A DNA stretch of 64,000 bases from a virus, in the IMG/VR virus record IMGVR_UViG_3300030329_000083, positions 1-64,000 of that record, one strand, 5' to 3'. The notes below the pieces were generated by a model that ran no database searches, was not told the origin of the DNA, and saw only the letters and a program-made list of their open reading frames with translations. The translations under genes were made by a program, and so were the position numbers. Within the stretch, counting starts at the first letter, position 1. Each line of letters begins with the position of its first letter. Positions 29,504 to 39,763 of this stretch are shown here, one piece after another.

Positions 29504-31411
29504 TTACGCTCCTATATCTACAATTTCACAAATATCACCAGTACAAGCGAATGTCTGATTACCTGCAGTTGTGTCTACTTTTTCATATTCAGATAGTTTT
29601 GACCAGTTAATGTTGTCAGGCATCATCTCTTTCATTATGCCGTACTCACCTTCCGTACACTCCTGATACGGTGCTTGTTGATACGAATGGTCTGAGTGTG
29701 GCAAGAATGATACACCTGACATCTCATCAAAGTGTTTAAACACAAATGCACCAACTTCCATCCACTCGTCATCTCGTACAGAAACCGTCACTGAGGGCTT
29801 ATGTTCACACCAATGCCTCTGGTACGTAAGCCACATTTCTAGCTGCTGTACGGCTGTTAAATCGGCTCTGACAACGCTTCCTTCAGGAGACTTAACAGGA
29901 AAGCTAAATACAGTCGTGTCATTAGGTTTTGTAACGTCAGGTTCAGATGGTATACCTTGCTCTATCATAAACTGTGTGAGTGGGTCTTTGTTATCACCAC
30001 GTACAGTCCTGATGTAGTACTGACTGTGCCTAGCGTGTATGCCTGATGCACTGTCCACAAGCTGTGACACTGTGCCACTAGGTTTAACACAAGTTATAGC
30101 AGCAGACATAGGTACTCCTAGCTTCTGTGACCACTCAGCATTAGTCTTAATAGCTACGTTACGCAAGTGTTCTAACGCTTGTTCTAATCCGTTTTTAGTG
30201 CCGTTAGTTAAAGGGTTGTCCATAATACCTGTAAGAGATACACCTAACAGTCTTTCTTCTTCTGTGTTGTGCTTCCATATCTTACGTAGATAAGGAAAGT
30301 TAGTCAGCTTAGATTGTGCTGTACCTAATATGGTAGCAAGTTCAACTTTCTTAGACAATGTATCTATATTATCTTCTGCTCTAACTACAACTTCCGTTAA
30401 GTTACAGAACTGGTAAGGTCTAAGTATAATCTCTGAGCAAGGGTTAGTACCGAACTCGTGGTTAGGATCTCTGCGTCCATGCTTCTCGACTTGTTTTTTA
30501 GCTGACACCCTGTTGAATATGCCTCGCTCACCTGACTTAGATTCTACTAGACTTGACCACTCCCTAAGAAATGTCTCACCGTCAGGCTTATCAGTATAAG
30601 CTACTGAGTTATTACTAAGAGCCATGTGTGGTGCGTTTTCCCACCACTTGCCTGACTTAGCGTGTCTCATTCGTATGTCACTCAAGTTAGATAAACTAAT
30701 CATAGCTGATCGTCTAACACCACCTACAACTACAATCTCACCTATTTTACACATCAAAGAGTGACAATCATAACTAGAGAGTTTACGTCCTACGTTGGCT
30801 TTAAACATATTAACTGTGAAGTTAAACAAATCAACTAGAGGTGCAGGTCCACTTGCCCTACCACCAAATACCTTTAGCCTAGCTCCTGCAGGTCTGACCT
30901 TTGACACATCCCATGTAGGTATCTCACCCATGTATAAATGTCCTATCAACTTGCGTAAAGCTTTTGCCCAACCCTCTTTGCTATCAGCTACTACTATAAT
31001 TGTATCGCACTCTTCTAACTCGTTAGGTATGTCAGGTAGCTTATTTACGTACTGCCTTTCTACAGAAAAGCCTACTCCTGTACCACATAATAGTATATAC
31101 ATAGCCTCATCAAACGATTTAGGATCGTCTACAGGCAAATAACTACAGTTATATCCTGCTGTGTTATCTCTGTCTAAAGCTGCTCCTGCTGTCATTAAGG
31201 CTCTCATACTAGGCATAACATCTAGCTTATGTATAGCATCCCACAACTCTTCAGGAGTGTCATAGTCCATTCCTGTTTGTTTTGCTATATAGTCAACGTA
31301 ACGACTTACAGTCTCACTCCATGTCTCTCTTCTTTGTTCATCATCTAGCCAACGAGCATAACGAGATGTTGCGATAAAGTTTTGATAATCTGTTGGTAGT
31401 GTGTTATTCAT
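29504..31411 (-). CDS. nrdJ: Class II (adenosylcobalamin-dependent) ribonucleotide reductase
   Basis: PSMRAL, YNCSY, VVGGVRRSA, GTNPCSEI, TCVKPSGTVS, C-terminal ACTGDIC; no beta-subunit gene nearby. Confidence 0.9.
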   Translation of the reverse strand: MNNTLPTDYQNFIATSRYARWLDDEQRRETWSETVSRYVDYIAKQTGMDYDTPEELWDAIHKLDVMPSMRALMTAGAALDRDNTAGYNCSYLPVDDPKSFDEAMYILLCGTGVGFSVERQYVNKLPDIPNELEECDTIIVVADSKEGWAKALRKLIGHLYMGEIPTWDVSKVRPAGARLKVFGGRASGPAPLVDLFNFTVNMFKANVGRKLSSYDCHSLMCKIGEIVVVGGVRRSAMISLSNLSDIRMRHAKSGKWWENAPHMALSNNSVAYTDKPDGETFLREWSSLVESKSGERGIFNRVSAKKQVEKHGRRDPNHEFGTNPCSEIILRPYQFCNLTEVVVRAEDNIDTLSKKVELATILGTAQSKLTNFPYLRKIWKHNTEEERLLGVSLTGIMDNPLTNGTKNGLEQALEHLRNVAIKTNAEWSQKLGVPMSAAITCVKPSGTVSQLVDSASGIHARHSQYYIRTVRGDNKDPLTQFMIEQGIPSEPDVTKPNDTTVFSFPVKSPEGSVVRADLTAVQQLEMWLTYQRHWCEHKPSVTVSVRDDEWMEVGAFVFKHFDEMSGVSFLPHSDHSYQQAPYQECTEGEYGIMKEMMPDNINWSKLSEYEKVDTTAGNQTFACTGDICEIVDIGA

Positions 31412-31568
31412 TGCTTGTCACCTTTATATTTTTAATTTCTACACCGTCTGCATCAAACATTAATGTCTCTATTAGTTCTTGTACACTCTCTGCTTGACCT
31501 TCTTCATCAATAGATAGCACGTTCTCTTCAGGGTCTACCTCTAAAGTCATAAATACCTTGAACTTCAT
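31404..31568 (-). CDS. Hypothetical acidic protein (54 aa, not in ORF track)
   Basis: MKFKVFMTLEVDPEE...; fills the gap with overlaps at both ends. Confidence 0.55.
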   Translation of the reverse strand: MKFKVFMTLEVDPEENVLSIDEEGQAESVQELIETLMFDADGVEIKNIKVTSNE

Positions 31569-31981
31569 GCTACTAAATCCTTTAAGTCAGGAGGTTCATA
31601 ATTTGGACCTTTTAGAACTTTACCGTCTTCCCTATATAAAGGTTTACCGTCTTCTCCTAACTTAGACATATTACTAGAGTGTACTCTGTTAAAAGCTATC
31701 TGTAAAGGAAGACCAAAAGCTACAGCCATACCAGATATAACGTACTGTAAGTCACATAATTCTTTTAATAAGTTTTCTCTTACTTCTATTGTAGGCTTTC
31801 TACCTCTAGCCAAAGCTATAGACACTTGGCTTATCTCTGACATTAACTCTGTAAATTCTTCTACAATTAAACTTCTCCGTAACTCCATACCATCTACGGT
31901 CATCACTTCATCTACAGGATGCCCAAATGCTTTGTGAAACTCCTCTAAGCTGTCTTCTCTTGATTTATAGTGCATATTCAT
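31565..31981 (-). CDS. MazG-like NTP pyrophosphohydrolase
   Basis: EFHKAF, LIVEEFTE, KELCDLQYV, VHSSNMSK, DGKVLKGPNY. Confidence 0.85.
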   Translation of the reverse strand: MNMHYKSREDSLEEFHKAFGHPVDEVMTVDGMELRRSLIVEEFTELMSEISQVSIALARGRKPTIEVRENLLKELCDLQYVISGMAVAFGLPLQIAFNRVHSSNMSKLGEDGKPLYREDGKVLKGPNYEPPDLKDLVA

Positions 31982-32205
31982 TTATTCTCCTTTTCTTTTA
32001 TTAATTTATCTAAATACCATTGAGCCTTTTTTAAGTCCTCAACACCTCCTTTATATCGGTATCTCCAAACATATTTCAAGATGTTACCCTGTAAATAGTA
32101 CTCATATCCTTCATCCGTTGCAGCGTGAATAGCGTCAATACATTCAATATTAGCTTTATTGTAATGAGGAGGACTATTAACCATGTCTGTTTCATCATTG
32201 CTCAT
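31978..32205 (-). CDS. DUF3310 / SaV-like (T7 gp1.7 C-terminal-like) protein
   Basis: DMVNSPPHY..IECID..GNILKY.WR..K..EDLKKAQWYL. Confidence 0.85.
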   Translation of the reverse strand: MSNDETDMVNSPPHYNKANIECIDAIHAATDEGYEYYLQGNILKYVWRYRYKGGVEDLKKAQWYLDKLIKEKENK

Positions 32206-32551
32206 TCTTTTTACTCCAATCTACATGAATTACGTTATTTTTAACTCTTTTTATTAATGGTGTATCTTTTATTTCATTTCCATTATTATCTAATATAGGT
32301 GCTAATGATCCTTCTTCAAGTAGTATAGTTCTCATTTCTTGAACTGTCTTTAAAAAAGCATCATCCGTTTCTAAAAGAGGAACTGTAGCAGCAACTAATG
32401 TAATCATCTCTAGTAGTAGGTATCTTGTGTGGTCATCCCAATTATTATTAGGGTCAAAAACTATTTTTACACCTACATCACCATTGAACTCGCCTTCTTC
32501 TGTTATATAAGGAGCAAATAGTATTGCGTATTCATTAGTATCTATTTTCAT
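32195..32551 (-). CDS. Hypothetical protein
   Basis: 118 aa, overlaps neighbours in the operon. Confidence 0.6.
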   Translation of the reverse strand: MKIDTNEYAILFAPYITEEGEFNGDVGVKIVFDPNNNWDDHTRYLLLEMITLVAATVPLLETDDAFLKTVQEMRTILLEEGSLAPILDNNGNEIKDTPLIKRVKNNVIHVDWSKKNEQ

Positions 32552-32982
32552 TTTATTACTCTTTTCTTTTTAAAATGTAGAACACCTAGTTGTATCTGTT
32601 TTTTTCTTTCAGTCAACCATTTTTGAGGAATAATTCTATGTGCATACAAAAAACCATTCTTTTCGCACCAATCGGAGTATCTACTCTTTGAACCTTTGTA
32701 CAGTCTAGCATTTGCATTACTAAAGATAAGCCGTATATCTAATCTAGGGTATTGTTTTTTGATACATAAATGTTTTCTTCTATCGTCAGAATCAAATATA
32801 CCTTTTGTTTCAATAATTATACCGTTGTCTAAAATAAAATCAGGAGTGTAATGCCTATATCTAAGATCTTCCCACTCTATCTTTAGAAGCTCATACCTTA
32901 CTTCTTTCTGGCACGACTTCAAATAAGTGGCAATCTCTTTTTCTAGACCACTCCTGTATCTAAACTTATTATGTTTACGCAT
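32548..32982 (-). CDS. T7 gp3-like endonuclease I (Holliday junction resolvase)
   Basis: YRSGLE, YTPDF, IIETKG, DRRKHL, DIRLIF, WCEKNGF. Confidence 0.9.
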   Translation of the reverse strand: MRKHNKFRYRSGLEKEIATYLKSCQKEVRYELLKIEWEDLRYRHYTPDFILDNGIIIETKGIFDSDDRRKHLCIKKQYPRLDIRLIFSNANARLYKGSKSRYSDWCEKNGFLYAHRIIPQKWLTERKKQIQLGVLHFKKKRVIK

Positions 32983-33829
32983 TTTTTAGATGCGTGTAAT
33001 ATACTGTTGGGGGAAACTTGGACTTAGATACCTTAGAAGGTAAAGCCTGTAAGTTTTCCCAACACTTATTTTTGTATTGGCAAAAACTACACTCTACTCC
33101 TAGCTTTCTGTTACCGCTAGGTTTTCCGTAGTAGCTCTCAGCTTCATCTTCAAAGCATCTTTTAAAAGGTTCATCGTTCTCCAAGTATGCAACGGTGTCC
33201 TCTATCTTAGTTAATTCTTTTTCTGTGTCTAGGTTTTCAGCTTCAACATATTTAAAGTTACCTGTATTCTTATTAATAACCCACCAACCACCTACATCTT
33301 TGTCTGCAGCTTTAGCGTAGCCTGTAAGTTGAGCAACATAACCAAAACTATCTCCGTTTTTAAGGGAGGTAAAGTCTTTAAATTTATTATCGTAAGACCA
33401 AGATGATGCGGATTTAATATCGTCAATCTTATTATCTAGCACCATGTCGTATTCGCCTTTAATGTTAGCGTGTTTAGTTTTTAATACAACCTGCCCACTA
33501 TCTTCAAACTTTACTTTAGCGGCTCTCATTAGTCCTTTAAAAACAGCTTCAACTATATCGCCTAGTAACATATTAATTAAAAAATAAGGTGAAAAAGGCT
33601 CTTTATCTTCTGGACTATTTTTATCAAACCAAAGCTGACACTTCTTTCTACCTACGTTTGACATACGCAGTTTAAACTCGTTACGAGATGTACTTCCTGC
33701 GAACTGGCGAGACACAGCTTCCTTAACATCTACAGCTATTTTGTCAAGTATAGTTTGATCTACTTTAGCTTTTCCTTTAGATGCTTGTTCTAAGAAAGAT
33801 AATATCGCCAGTTCTGCAGGATGATCCAT
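32975..33829 (-). CDS. PD-(D/E)xK (Cas4-like) exonuclease
   Basis: LRMSNVGR.KCQLW, GEYD..DDIKS, YVAQL..Y, CSFCQYK.KCW. Confidence 0.75.
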   Translation of the reverse strand: MDHPAELAILSFLEQASKGKAKVDQTILDKIAVDVKEAVSRQFAGSTSRNEFKLRMSNVGRKKCQLWFDKNSPEDKEPFSPYFLINMLLGDIVEAVFKGLMRAAKVKFEDSGQVVLKTKHANIKGEYDMVLDNKIDDIKSASSWSYDNKFKDFTSLKNGDSFGYVAQLTGYAKAADKDVGGWWVINKNTGNFKYVEAENLDTEKELTKIEDTVAYLENDEPFKRCFEDEAESYYGKPSGNRKLGVECSFCQYKNKCWENLQALPSKVSKSKFPPTVYYTHLKNA

Positions 33830-33834
33830 GCTAC

Positions 33835-34716
33835 TTACTCCTCTTCAACATCAACTATTGAACCAACAATATCAGAATCTTCAGGGGATAAAGTTTCTTT
33901 ATTGTTTTCTTCCCAATACCTGAGTATCGCAGTGTTAGTAGAATGTACCCACTCAACAAAGTTGTTTAAGACCTCGTTATCATCAACAGTAACTTCAACA
34001 GCTTTGCCTAACTTACCTGTAATAACACCATAGGTTGCTCCTGTAGGTATACTCTTAACCTCACCTGTTAGTAAGATTTCGTAGTGTATTGGCAATCTAT
34101 TCTTCTTTTGAATAGAGGAGTAAAGGGAGTCAAGATTCTTATAACTCTCTCTATTCTTAACATTCATAAAGAATGGAAATTGCTTTACCTCAACAGGATT
34201 ACCACTTTCATCCATAGCTTTGTCGAGTGTACACAAGCCAAGTATAACTTTGACTCGCTTAGTTTGACGCATGAGTTCCTGTGTCTTGGGAGGGAGAGAC
34301 TTAAAGTCCTCAACGTAACCTGAAGGTCTACCACAGTTAATACCACCATAGTTATCCTTTAAGTCTTGATTGAGGGATTTTGCTAACACAGTTTTCAACA
34401 TGCGTCCTTCTTTACCATCTTCACTTTTGTAAGCTCCATCCCATCTGTGGAATTGAAACCTCTGAATAAAAGGTCTGATGGTAATTGTAGGACTGTAGTA
34501 TACACTACCGTCAGGAAAGGTCACAGAATATGAAGATGCTTTAATCACCGCAACTTCCATGTCCTCACCATCTACATTCTTAGTACCCATTATAGGTTGA
34601 TGTAATTGTTTCACTTCAGCCAAAGCAGAACGTGTTGTGCTACTTGCTTGTGACACTCCCATGATGTCAGCTAAAGCTGAAGGGTTACTTTCGATTACAC
34701 TTAATTGATTTTCCAT
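33835..34716 (-). CDS. Putative ssDNA-binding/recombination protein
   Basis: Between polymerase and exonuclease, acidic C-terminal tail, own strong promoter. Confidence 0.5.
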   Translation of the reverse strand: MENQLSVIESNPSALADIMGVSQASSTTRSALAEVKQLHQPIMGTKNVDGEDMEVAVIKASSYSVTFPDGSVYYSPTITIRPFIQRFQFHRWDGAYKSEDGKEGRMLKTVLAKSLNQDLKDNYGGINCGRPSGYVEDFKSLPPKTQELMRQTKRVKVILGLCTLDKAMDESGNPVEVKQFPFFMNVKNRESYKNLDSLYSSIQKKNRLPIHYEILLTGEVKSIPTGATYGVITGKLGKAVEVTVDDNEVLNNFVEWVHSTNTAILRYWEENNKETLSPEDSDIVGSIVDVEEE

Positions 34717-34756
34717 ATAGTTTTTACTCCTTTTTTTATATCTAAATGATTCGCCT

Positions 34757-34784
34757 ATTATACACTATATATCTTTTGTGTCAA
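34757..34784 (-). promoter_or_regulatory. sigma70-type promoter
   Basis: TTGACA-16-TATAAT on the minus strand; TGATTCG at 34747-34753. Confidence 0.7.
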
Positions 34785-36819
34785 GCCAATTATTACCTAT
34801 TTTTGCTTCAAGCAACATTGGCACATTAACATCAATGTCATAATATGATTGTATGATTACTGATAGCTTGTCGTTAATGTCTTTAATTATACCTAAAACT
34901 GCATCCTCTTCAGCAGGGTGAACATCTAGCACCACAGAATCGTGAACAGTATTTACTAGCAAACTATGCAAACTGTCTATCTCTAAGTGCTTCTCTATCT
35001 CTAAAAGAATAATAGGCACTATGTCTCCTGTTGCAAACCCTTGAACAGGGTAGTTCTTTATCATAGTAAAATGTGAGGGTGTTCCGTTTATCCTTCTCTC
35101 TACATTAGGAAAAGCATACTGTCTACCTGATGGTGTAGTTATCTTACCTAAGTTAACAGCCTCGTTACCTAGCTTCTTGTGCCACTTAGCTATCCCTTTG
35201 TATTTAGTAGTAAAGTGAGTGTAGTACTCAGCCTCTGCCTTGCTCCTGCCGTACCCTGTAGCTCCGTATAACGGTGCAAAGGTATGAGCTTTAGCTTCTT
35301 GTCGTGATGTCGGTTGACCTGCATCAGATATAACTTTAGCTGTATAGCTATGAACATCAAACCCTGTTTCAACTTCTTGCATAGCCGTTTTATCTTGTGA
35401 TAACAAAGCAGCAACCCTAAACTCTAGCTGTGCAAAGTCTGCCTCAAGTATCTTTCCTCCTTCCCATCTAGATACAAACACTCGCTTAACAGGAAACGTA
35501 CCTCCTCTAGGCATATTCTGCATGTTAGGATTTCTACCTGAAAACCTACCTGTAGCTGTAACATGTTGTGTAAGACCTACATGTAAAAACCCATCAGGTT
35601 TAGTAAAATTGTGTATCCCTTCAACAAAACTAGACAGATAACTAGATACAGCACTCTGTCGTTTAAAGTCATTTAAAAACCCATGAGCTACGTCCATTCC
35701 CTTTGTCTTAGCAACAGATATAAGTACATCTAAATAATTCTTGCTTGTTGTAAAACCGTTAGCACTAACCCATGCCTTATTGGGAGGAGCAAAACCTAGT
35801 CCTGCTATAACATTAGTTGCTACAAAGTTGTAGCCTGTAGCATCACAGGCAGTACATTTGGAAGGTCTAGCAAAAGGAGTTCCATCTTTTTTAGTCTTGT
35901 AGACTTTGCCTGTACCTCTGCACTCTTTACATGTATAAGCTTTAGTTCTCATTATCAAGTCACTGTTAGCTTTGTACGCATCTACAAATTCTTTTTTATC
36001 GTTAGTAAATTCAAATAAGTCTACCCACTCTTTCTTGTTGTGTATTTTTCTAGAGTAAATAACCTGACTAACTTGTTCTGGAGAGTTTAAATTAATAGGT
36101 GTGTCTCCCATTAAAGTTCTAACGGTAGAGTTTAGCCTGTCCTCTATCTCAGCTAGTTCTTGTTCAAACTGTTGGCGAACTCCCTCTAGTGCATCTTTAT
36201 CTATCTTAAAACCATTCATATACATCTTAGTTAAAGTCTTACACACTTCATTGCTTATCTTCCTAACTCCAAGTAAAGACTGTGCCTCTGGTGCTTCATA
36301 CTCTTGCTCTAACTTATGATACAGACATTTAGTTATGTTTAAGTCTTGCTCTAAGTAACCTGACAACTCAGCTAATGGTATCTCATTAGTGTTGTATCCG
36401 TCAGCAAAGTATTTCTTTAGAGTGTCTTGCTTCTGGTAGCCTAGTTTATACCTATCTGCACAAGCCTCAAGAGACACAGAGTTCTTTTGTCCTCTTTGTA
36501 ATATATACTCAGCTAACATAGTGTCATAAACAACACCGTCATACTTAAACCCACATGCCCACAACCACTGCAAGTCGTGCTGTAAGTTGTGTCCTATCAG
36601 GAGTGTCGTTTTATCTAGTACAGCCTGTAGCTGTTTCTTCTGAGAACCATCTATGTCTTGCTTCTCATTGTGGTCATAAGTAAACACATGAGGTTTGCTA
36701 CCCTGTGCGTTAAGGACACCCACTTGAGTAAGAGTATTAGACGGTTCAAAAGGGTCAAGGTGATTCTTGCCATCTCGCTTTGTCGTTGTGTTCTCTACGT
36801 CAAGTATTAGCTTCATCAT
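34765..36819 (-). CDS. polA: Family A DNA polymerase with DnaJ-type Zn-finger insertion
   Basis: Exo LDVE/GHN..HD; TATGRFS..NPNMQN; motif A DFAQLEFR; motif B RQEAKAHTFAPLYG; motif C VHDS; CKECRGTG..CTACDATG insert. Confidence 0.95.
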   Translation of the reverse strand: MMKLILDVENTTTKRDGKNHLDPFEPSNTLTQVGVLNAQGSKPHVFTYDHNEKQDIDGSQKKQLQAVLDKTTLLIGHNLQHDLQWLWACGFKYDGVVYDTMLAEYILQRGQKNSVSLEACADRYKLGYQKQDTLKKYFADGYNTNEIPLAELSGYLEQDLNITKCLYHKLEQEYEAPEAQSLLGVRKISNEVCKTLTKMYMNGFKIDKDALEGVRQQFEQELAEIEDRLNSTVRTLMGDTPINLNSPEQVSQVIYSRKIHNKKEWVDLFEFTNDKKEFVDAYKANSDLIMRTKAYTCKECRGTGKVYKTKKDGTPFARPSKCTACDATGYNFVATNVIAGLGFAPPNKAWVSANGFTTSKNYLDVLISVAKTKGMDVAHGFLNDFKRQSAVSSYLSSFVEGIHNFTKPDGFLHVGLTQHVTATGRFSGRNPNMQNMPRGGTFPVKRVFVSRWEGGKILEADFAQLEFRVAALLSQDKTAMQEVETGFDVHSYTAKVISDAGQPTSRQEAKAHTFAPLYGATGYGRSKAEAEYYTHFTTKYKGIAKWHKKLGNEAVNLGKITTPSGRQYAFPNVERRINGTPSHFTMIKNYPVQGFATGDIVPIILLEIEKHLEIDSLHSLLVNTVHDSVVLDVHPAEEDAVLGIIKDINDKLSVIIQSYYDIDVNVPMLLEAKIGNNWLDTKDI

Positions 36820-37334
36820 CCTTGCTCCATTCTTTCATTATAGTGATGCTCTGCATGGCAATTAGCACAGTATACAACGCATTTTCTTAATTCTTCTTTC
36901 AAGGCTTTAAGTGATCCTCCTTTCAGTGTATCTATATTACGTTTTTTATCTTCTTTTATGATATGATGAAAATGTAAGGCATCTGTACATTTTTTATAAC
37001 CACATTTTGAACAGCCAAGTTTACTTTTAACTCTTAATATAAACTTTTTATTTTTTTCAGCCATGCGTTTTTTATTTTTTGCTTTAACTATTCTTTCATT
37101 GGCAAAGGTCTTTGGACTACACCATAATTCATAGGGTTTTGACTTTTCTCCTTTAGGATTTATTCTATAATAATACTGCTTAAATACGTAACCATCCTCT
37201 CTTGTGGTATTTCCGTAAATTCGTTTAGGTAAGCCCAGTAATTCAACCTCTGCATTAGTTATGCGAACATACTTCCGCTTTGCCGTTCTTTTTCTTTCAT
37301 ACTCTTTTCGCTTTTCTTTATCTTTAAAGGGCAT
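36816..37334 (-). CDS. HNH endonuclease
   Basis: CSKCGY..ALHFHH..KCVVYCANCHAEHH. Confidence 0.75.
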   Translation of the reverse strand: MPFKDKEKRKEYERKRTAKRKYVRITNAEVELLGLPKRIYGNTTREDGYVFKQYYYRINPKGEKSKPYELWCSPKTFANERIVKAKNKKRMAEKNKKFILRVKSKLGCSKCGYKKCTDALHFHHIIKEDKKRNIDTLKGGSLKALKEELRKCVVYCANCHAEHHYNERMEQG

Positions 37335-38557
37335 TATGCTGTAAACCTCGCCCTCTCACCGTCAAGCTGAACAGTGACAACACCATGCCATCCTCCTTTA
37401 AGTTTATTCTTAGCTATGACTACATGACGCTCCGTGTCCTCATCCTCCTGTCCTTCTACTGTAGGGTTCTTGCTGATAAGTAACATAAGGTCAGCCTCTG
37501 ATGCCTTACCTGTCTTACTACCTTCCAACATAGATTGATCTACCATAATCTTACCTTCAGCTTCTGCCGAAAGCTGAGACATCCACAGGATAGCACAGTT
37601 ATATTGTTTAGCTATGTTCCTTGCATGTATAGCGGCTTCCTTCAAGTATATATCAGATCGTTCTCCTGTTCTTGGTGCAAACTTATCTCCCATATCTAAC
37701 ACTACAATGTCAGGGTTCATAGCTTTAACTGCAGACTCAACCCATGCCATATCTTTCCCTGTCGTATCTTTAACATATATGTTTTCTCTGACAGGCTTAT
37801 ATCTAGCTGAAGCTAGTGTGACATTCTGACGCACCTCATCCATGCTCATATTAGTTGCTGCTGATAGATACCTAGCTCCAACCCTATCATATGCTTCTTC
37901 ATTACATAAGATAATACACTTAGCTCCTTGCTCTGCAAACCCACCCTTAGATGCTATTAAAGATGCGTGAAAGCTAGTTTTACCTGTGTTGGGTCTTGCT
38001 CCTATAATAACAAGATGTCCACCACTTACACCCTCAACTCTCCTTTGCAAGGTAGGTATGTTAAACTTCCATTGACACTGTATAGCATTAGCTTTCAACA
38101 AAGCATCTATACTCATGTCCTCCCACTCTATATTTAAGTTAGGTAAAAAGTCATCTTGGTATGTACTAAGTAAGTTCCGTAATGGTTCTAATGTACCCTT
38201 GTCACCATTGACATAATCAAAACCTAAGTTAGCTATCTCTTCTCCTACCATCTGTTGAAACAACTTAGAGAAAACTTGCTTAGATATGTCTTGGCACATA
38301 GGTTTCTCATTCTTCAACTTATCAAATAACTGATTGTATGATTCTTTTGTTGCTGTAGTCATTGTGCTATTGTTAGTCATAAATAAACCGTGCAACTCTG
38401 ATACAGATAAATCTTTATCAAACGTACTCATTGCGTAATCTACTGTCTGTTTAATCTTTCGTACATCCTTAGTGAACAACTTGTCAGGACATCTAATACC
38501 TTTATGGTCTTCATAAAAGTCCTTGTTCATCAAGCTACGAATTAATGCTAATTCCAT
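37334..38557 (-). CDS. DnaB-like (SF4) replicative helicase
   Basis: Walker A GARPNTGKT, VVLD, SQLS, EADL, AKNK. Confidence 0.9.
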   Translation of the reverse strand: MELALIRSLMNKDFYEDHKGIRCPDKLFTKDVRKIKQTVDYAMSTFDKDLSVSELHGLFMTNNSTMTTATKESYNQLFDKLKNEKPMCQDISKQVFSKLFQQMVGEEIANLGFDYVNGDKGTLEPLRNLLSTYQDDFLPNLNIEWEDMSIDALLKANAIQCQWKFNIPTLQRRVEGVSGGHLVIIGARPNTGKTSFHASLIASKGGFAEQGAKCIILCNEEAYDRVGARYLSAATNMSMDEVRQNVTLASARYKPVRENIYVKDTTGKDMAWVESAVKAMNPDIVVLDMGDKFAPRTGERSDIYLKEAAIHARNIAKQYNCAILWMSQLSAEAEGKIMVDQSMLEGSKTGKASEADLMLLISKNPTVEGQEDEDTERHVVIAKNKLKGGWHGVVTVQLDGERARFTA

Positions 38558-38991
38558 TATAATCTCTCCTTGTGCTTGTTTAAATACTCTATTGCTTTCT
38601 CTAATGTGCTTACGTTATCATCAAAACCACCCAATGCTCTATTACAACTATGGCACAACCAACCTCTAAATGTGCTAGTGTCGTGACAATGATCTAGCAC
38701 CCACGCTCCATTCCTCTGTCCTCCCTTACCTGCAACCTCTGATTCTCCTCTACAGCACACAGGACATATGTAATCTTTGTCAGGCATACCGTGTTTATCC
38801 CTTAGTGCGTTTCTAACTTTTGTAAGCTCGTTGTTACATTTCTTACACTCAGGTCTTAAAAAGTTTGCACCAGATGATACACTAAATTTATTTAAAGGTA
38901 AAGACTTATTACACTTACTGCATGTTTTTGTTTTACCATCTGAGTTTACTAAATCATAATTCTCAAGTTCAAATAAATCAATCTGTTCCAT
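38557..38991 (-). CDS. Endonuclease VII-family (homing-type) nuclease
   Basis: CPVC..LDHCH..FRGWLCHSCNRALG..AIEYL, N-terminal CSKC/CKKC. Confidence 0.8.
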   Translation of the reverse strand: MEQIDLFELENYDLVNSDGKTKTCSKCNKSLPLNKFSVSSGANFLRPECKKCNNELTKVRNALRDKHGMPDKDYICPVCCRGESEVAGKGGQRNGAWVLDHCHDTSTFRGWLCHSCNRALGGFDDNVSTLEKAIEYLNKHKERL

Positions 38992-39763
38992 GTACTATCC
39001 CTTGTAACTTTTTAATGTCATTTTCTCTCTTGTACTTTAAATCATCTTCAATTCTACAAGCTACCACATTTGAATTAGAACAATATGACTTTAACTCTTT
39101 AGTGTAAGCTACTGTTTTACTTGCCGCATCAGGATCTAAAGCTACGACTATAGTTTTAAATCCTTTAAGATAGTCCTTATGTTTATCATTTAGGGATGTG
39201 CCTAATATTGCTATCCCTGTAACTTTTGGTATCTCTGTAGCTAAAACTGTAGCTGAGATAACATCTTCTACTACAACACCGACTGATATATCCTCACCAA
39301 TCCTGTAGTGATAGTAATTAGCTGACTTATCGTAACGCAACCACTTAGGAAAGTTATCGTGCAAAGACCTACCTATAGCTCCAACCATTCTGCTCTTCTC
39401 GTAGATAGGAAACACTGCTCGTCTGTCTTTAACATCATAATAAAGTGCGACATTTTGTAGCTCCCACCTGTTAATAAACCTTTTCATAGATGCGTTAGAT
39501 ATATCTTTAGTTATATACTCAGGTAAAACAAAATCTTCTACCATACGATCTACTATATCATTAGCCATACGCTGTAATATATGAGGAGTCTTGATAGCAC
39601 CCTTAACTTTACAACTATTTCTGTAGCAGTTGTAAACAAGAGTGCCATCTAGGTTAGATACACTAAACTTTTTATATCCACCACACTCAGGACAGTTTAA
39701 TGTTAAACTTTCTCCATACTCTAAAGTCAAAGACTCCACATATTCTTTGGCAAGACTAGGCAT
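38978..39763 (-). CDS. DNA primase (Zn finger + TOPRIM)
   Basis: CPECG..YNCY..SC; VVVEDVISA, ALDPDA; start placed at MPSLAK overlapping the integrase end. Confidence 0.8.
   Translation of the reverse strand: MPSLAKEYVESLTLEYGESLTLNCPECGGYKKFSVSNLDGTLVYNCYRNSCKVKGAIKTPHILQRMANDIVDRMVEDFVLPEYITKDISNASMKRFINRWELQNVALYYDVKDRRAVFPIYEKSRMVGAIGRSLHDNFPKWLRYDKSANYYHYRIGEDISVGVVVEDVISATVLATEIPKVTGIAILGTSLNDKHKDYLKGFKTIVVALDPDAASKTVAYTKELKSYCSNSNVVACRIEDDLKYKRENDIKKLQGIVHGTD

Noticed and set aside
32975-33829. Cas4 as part of a CRISPR system
   Set aside because: Solo phage exonuclease in the replication operon
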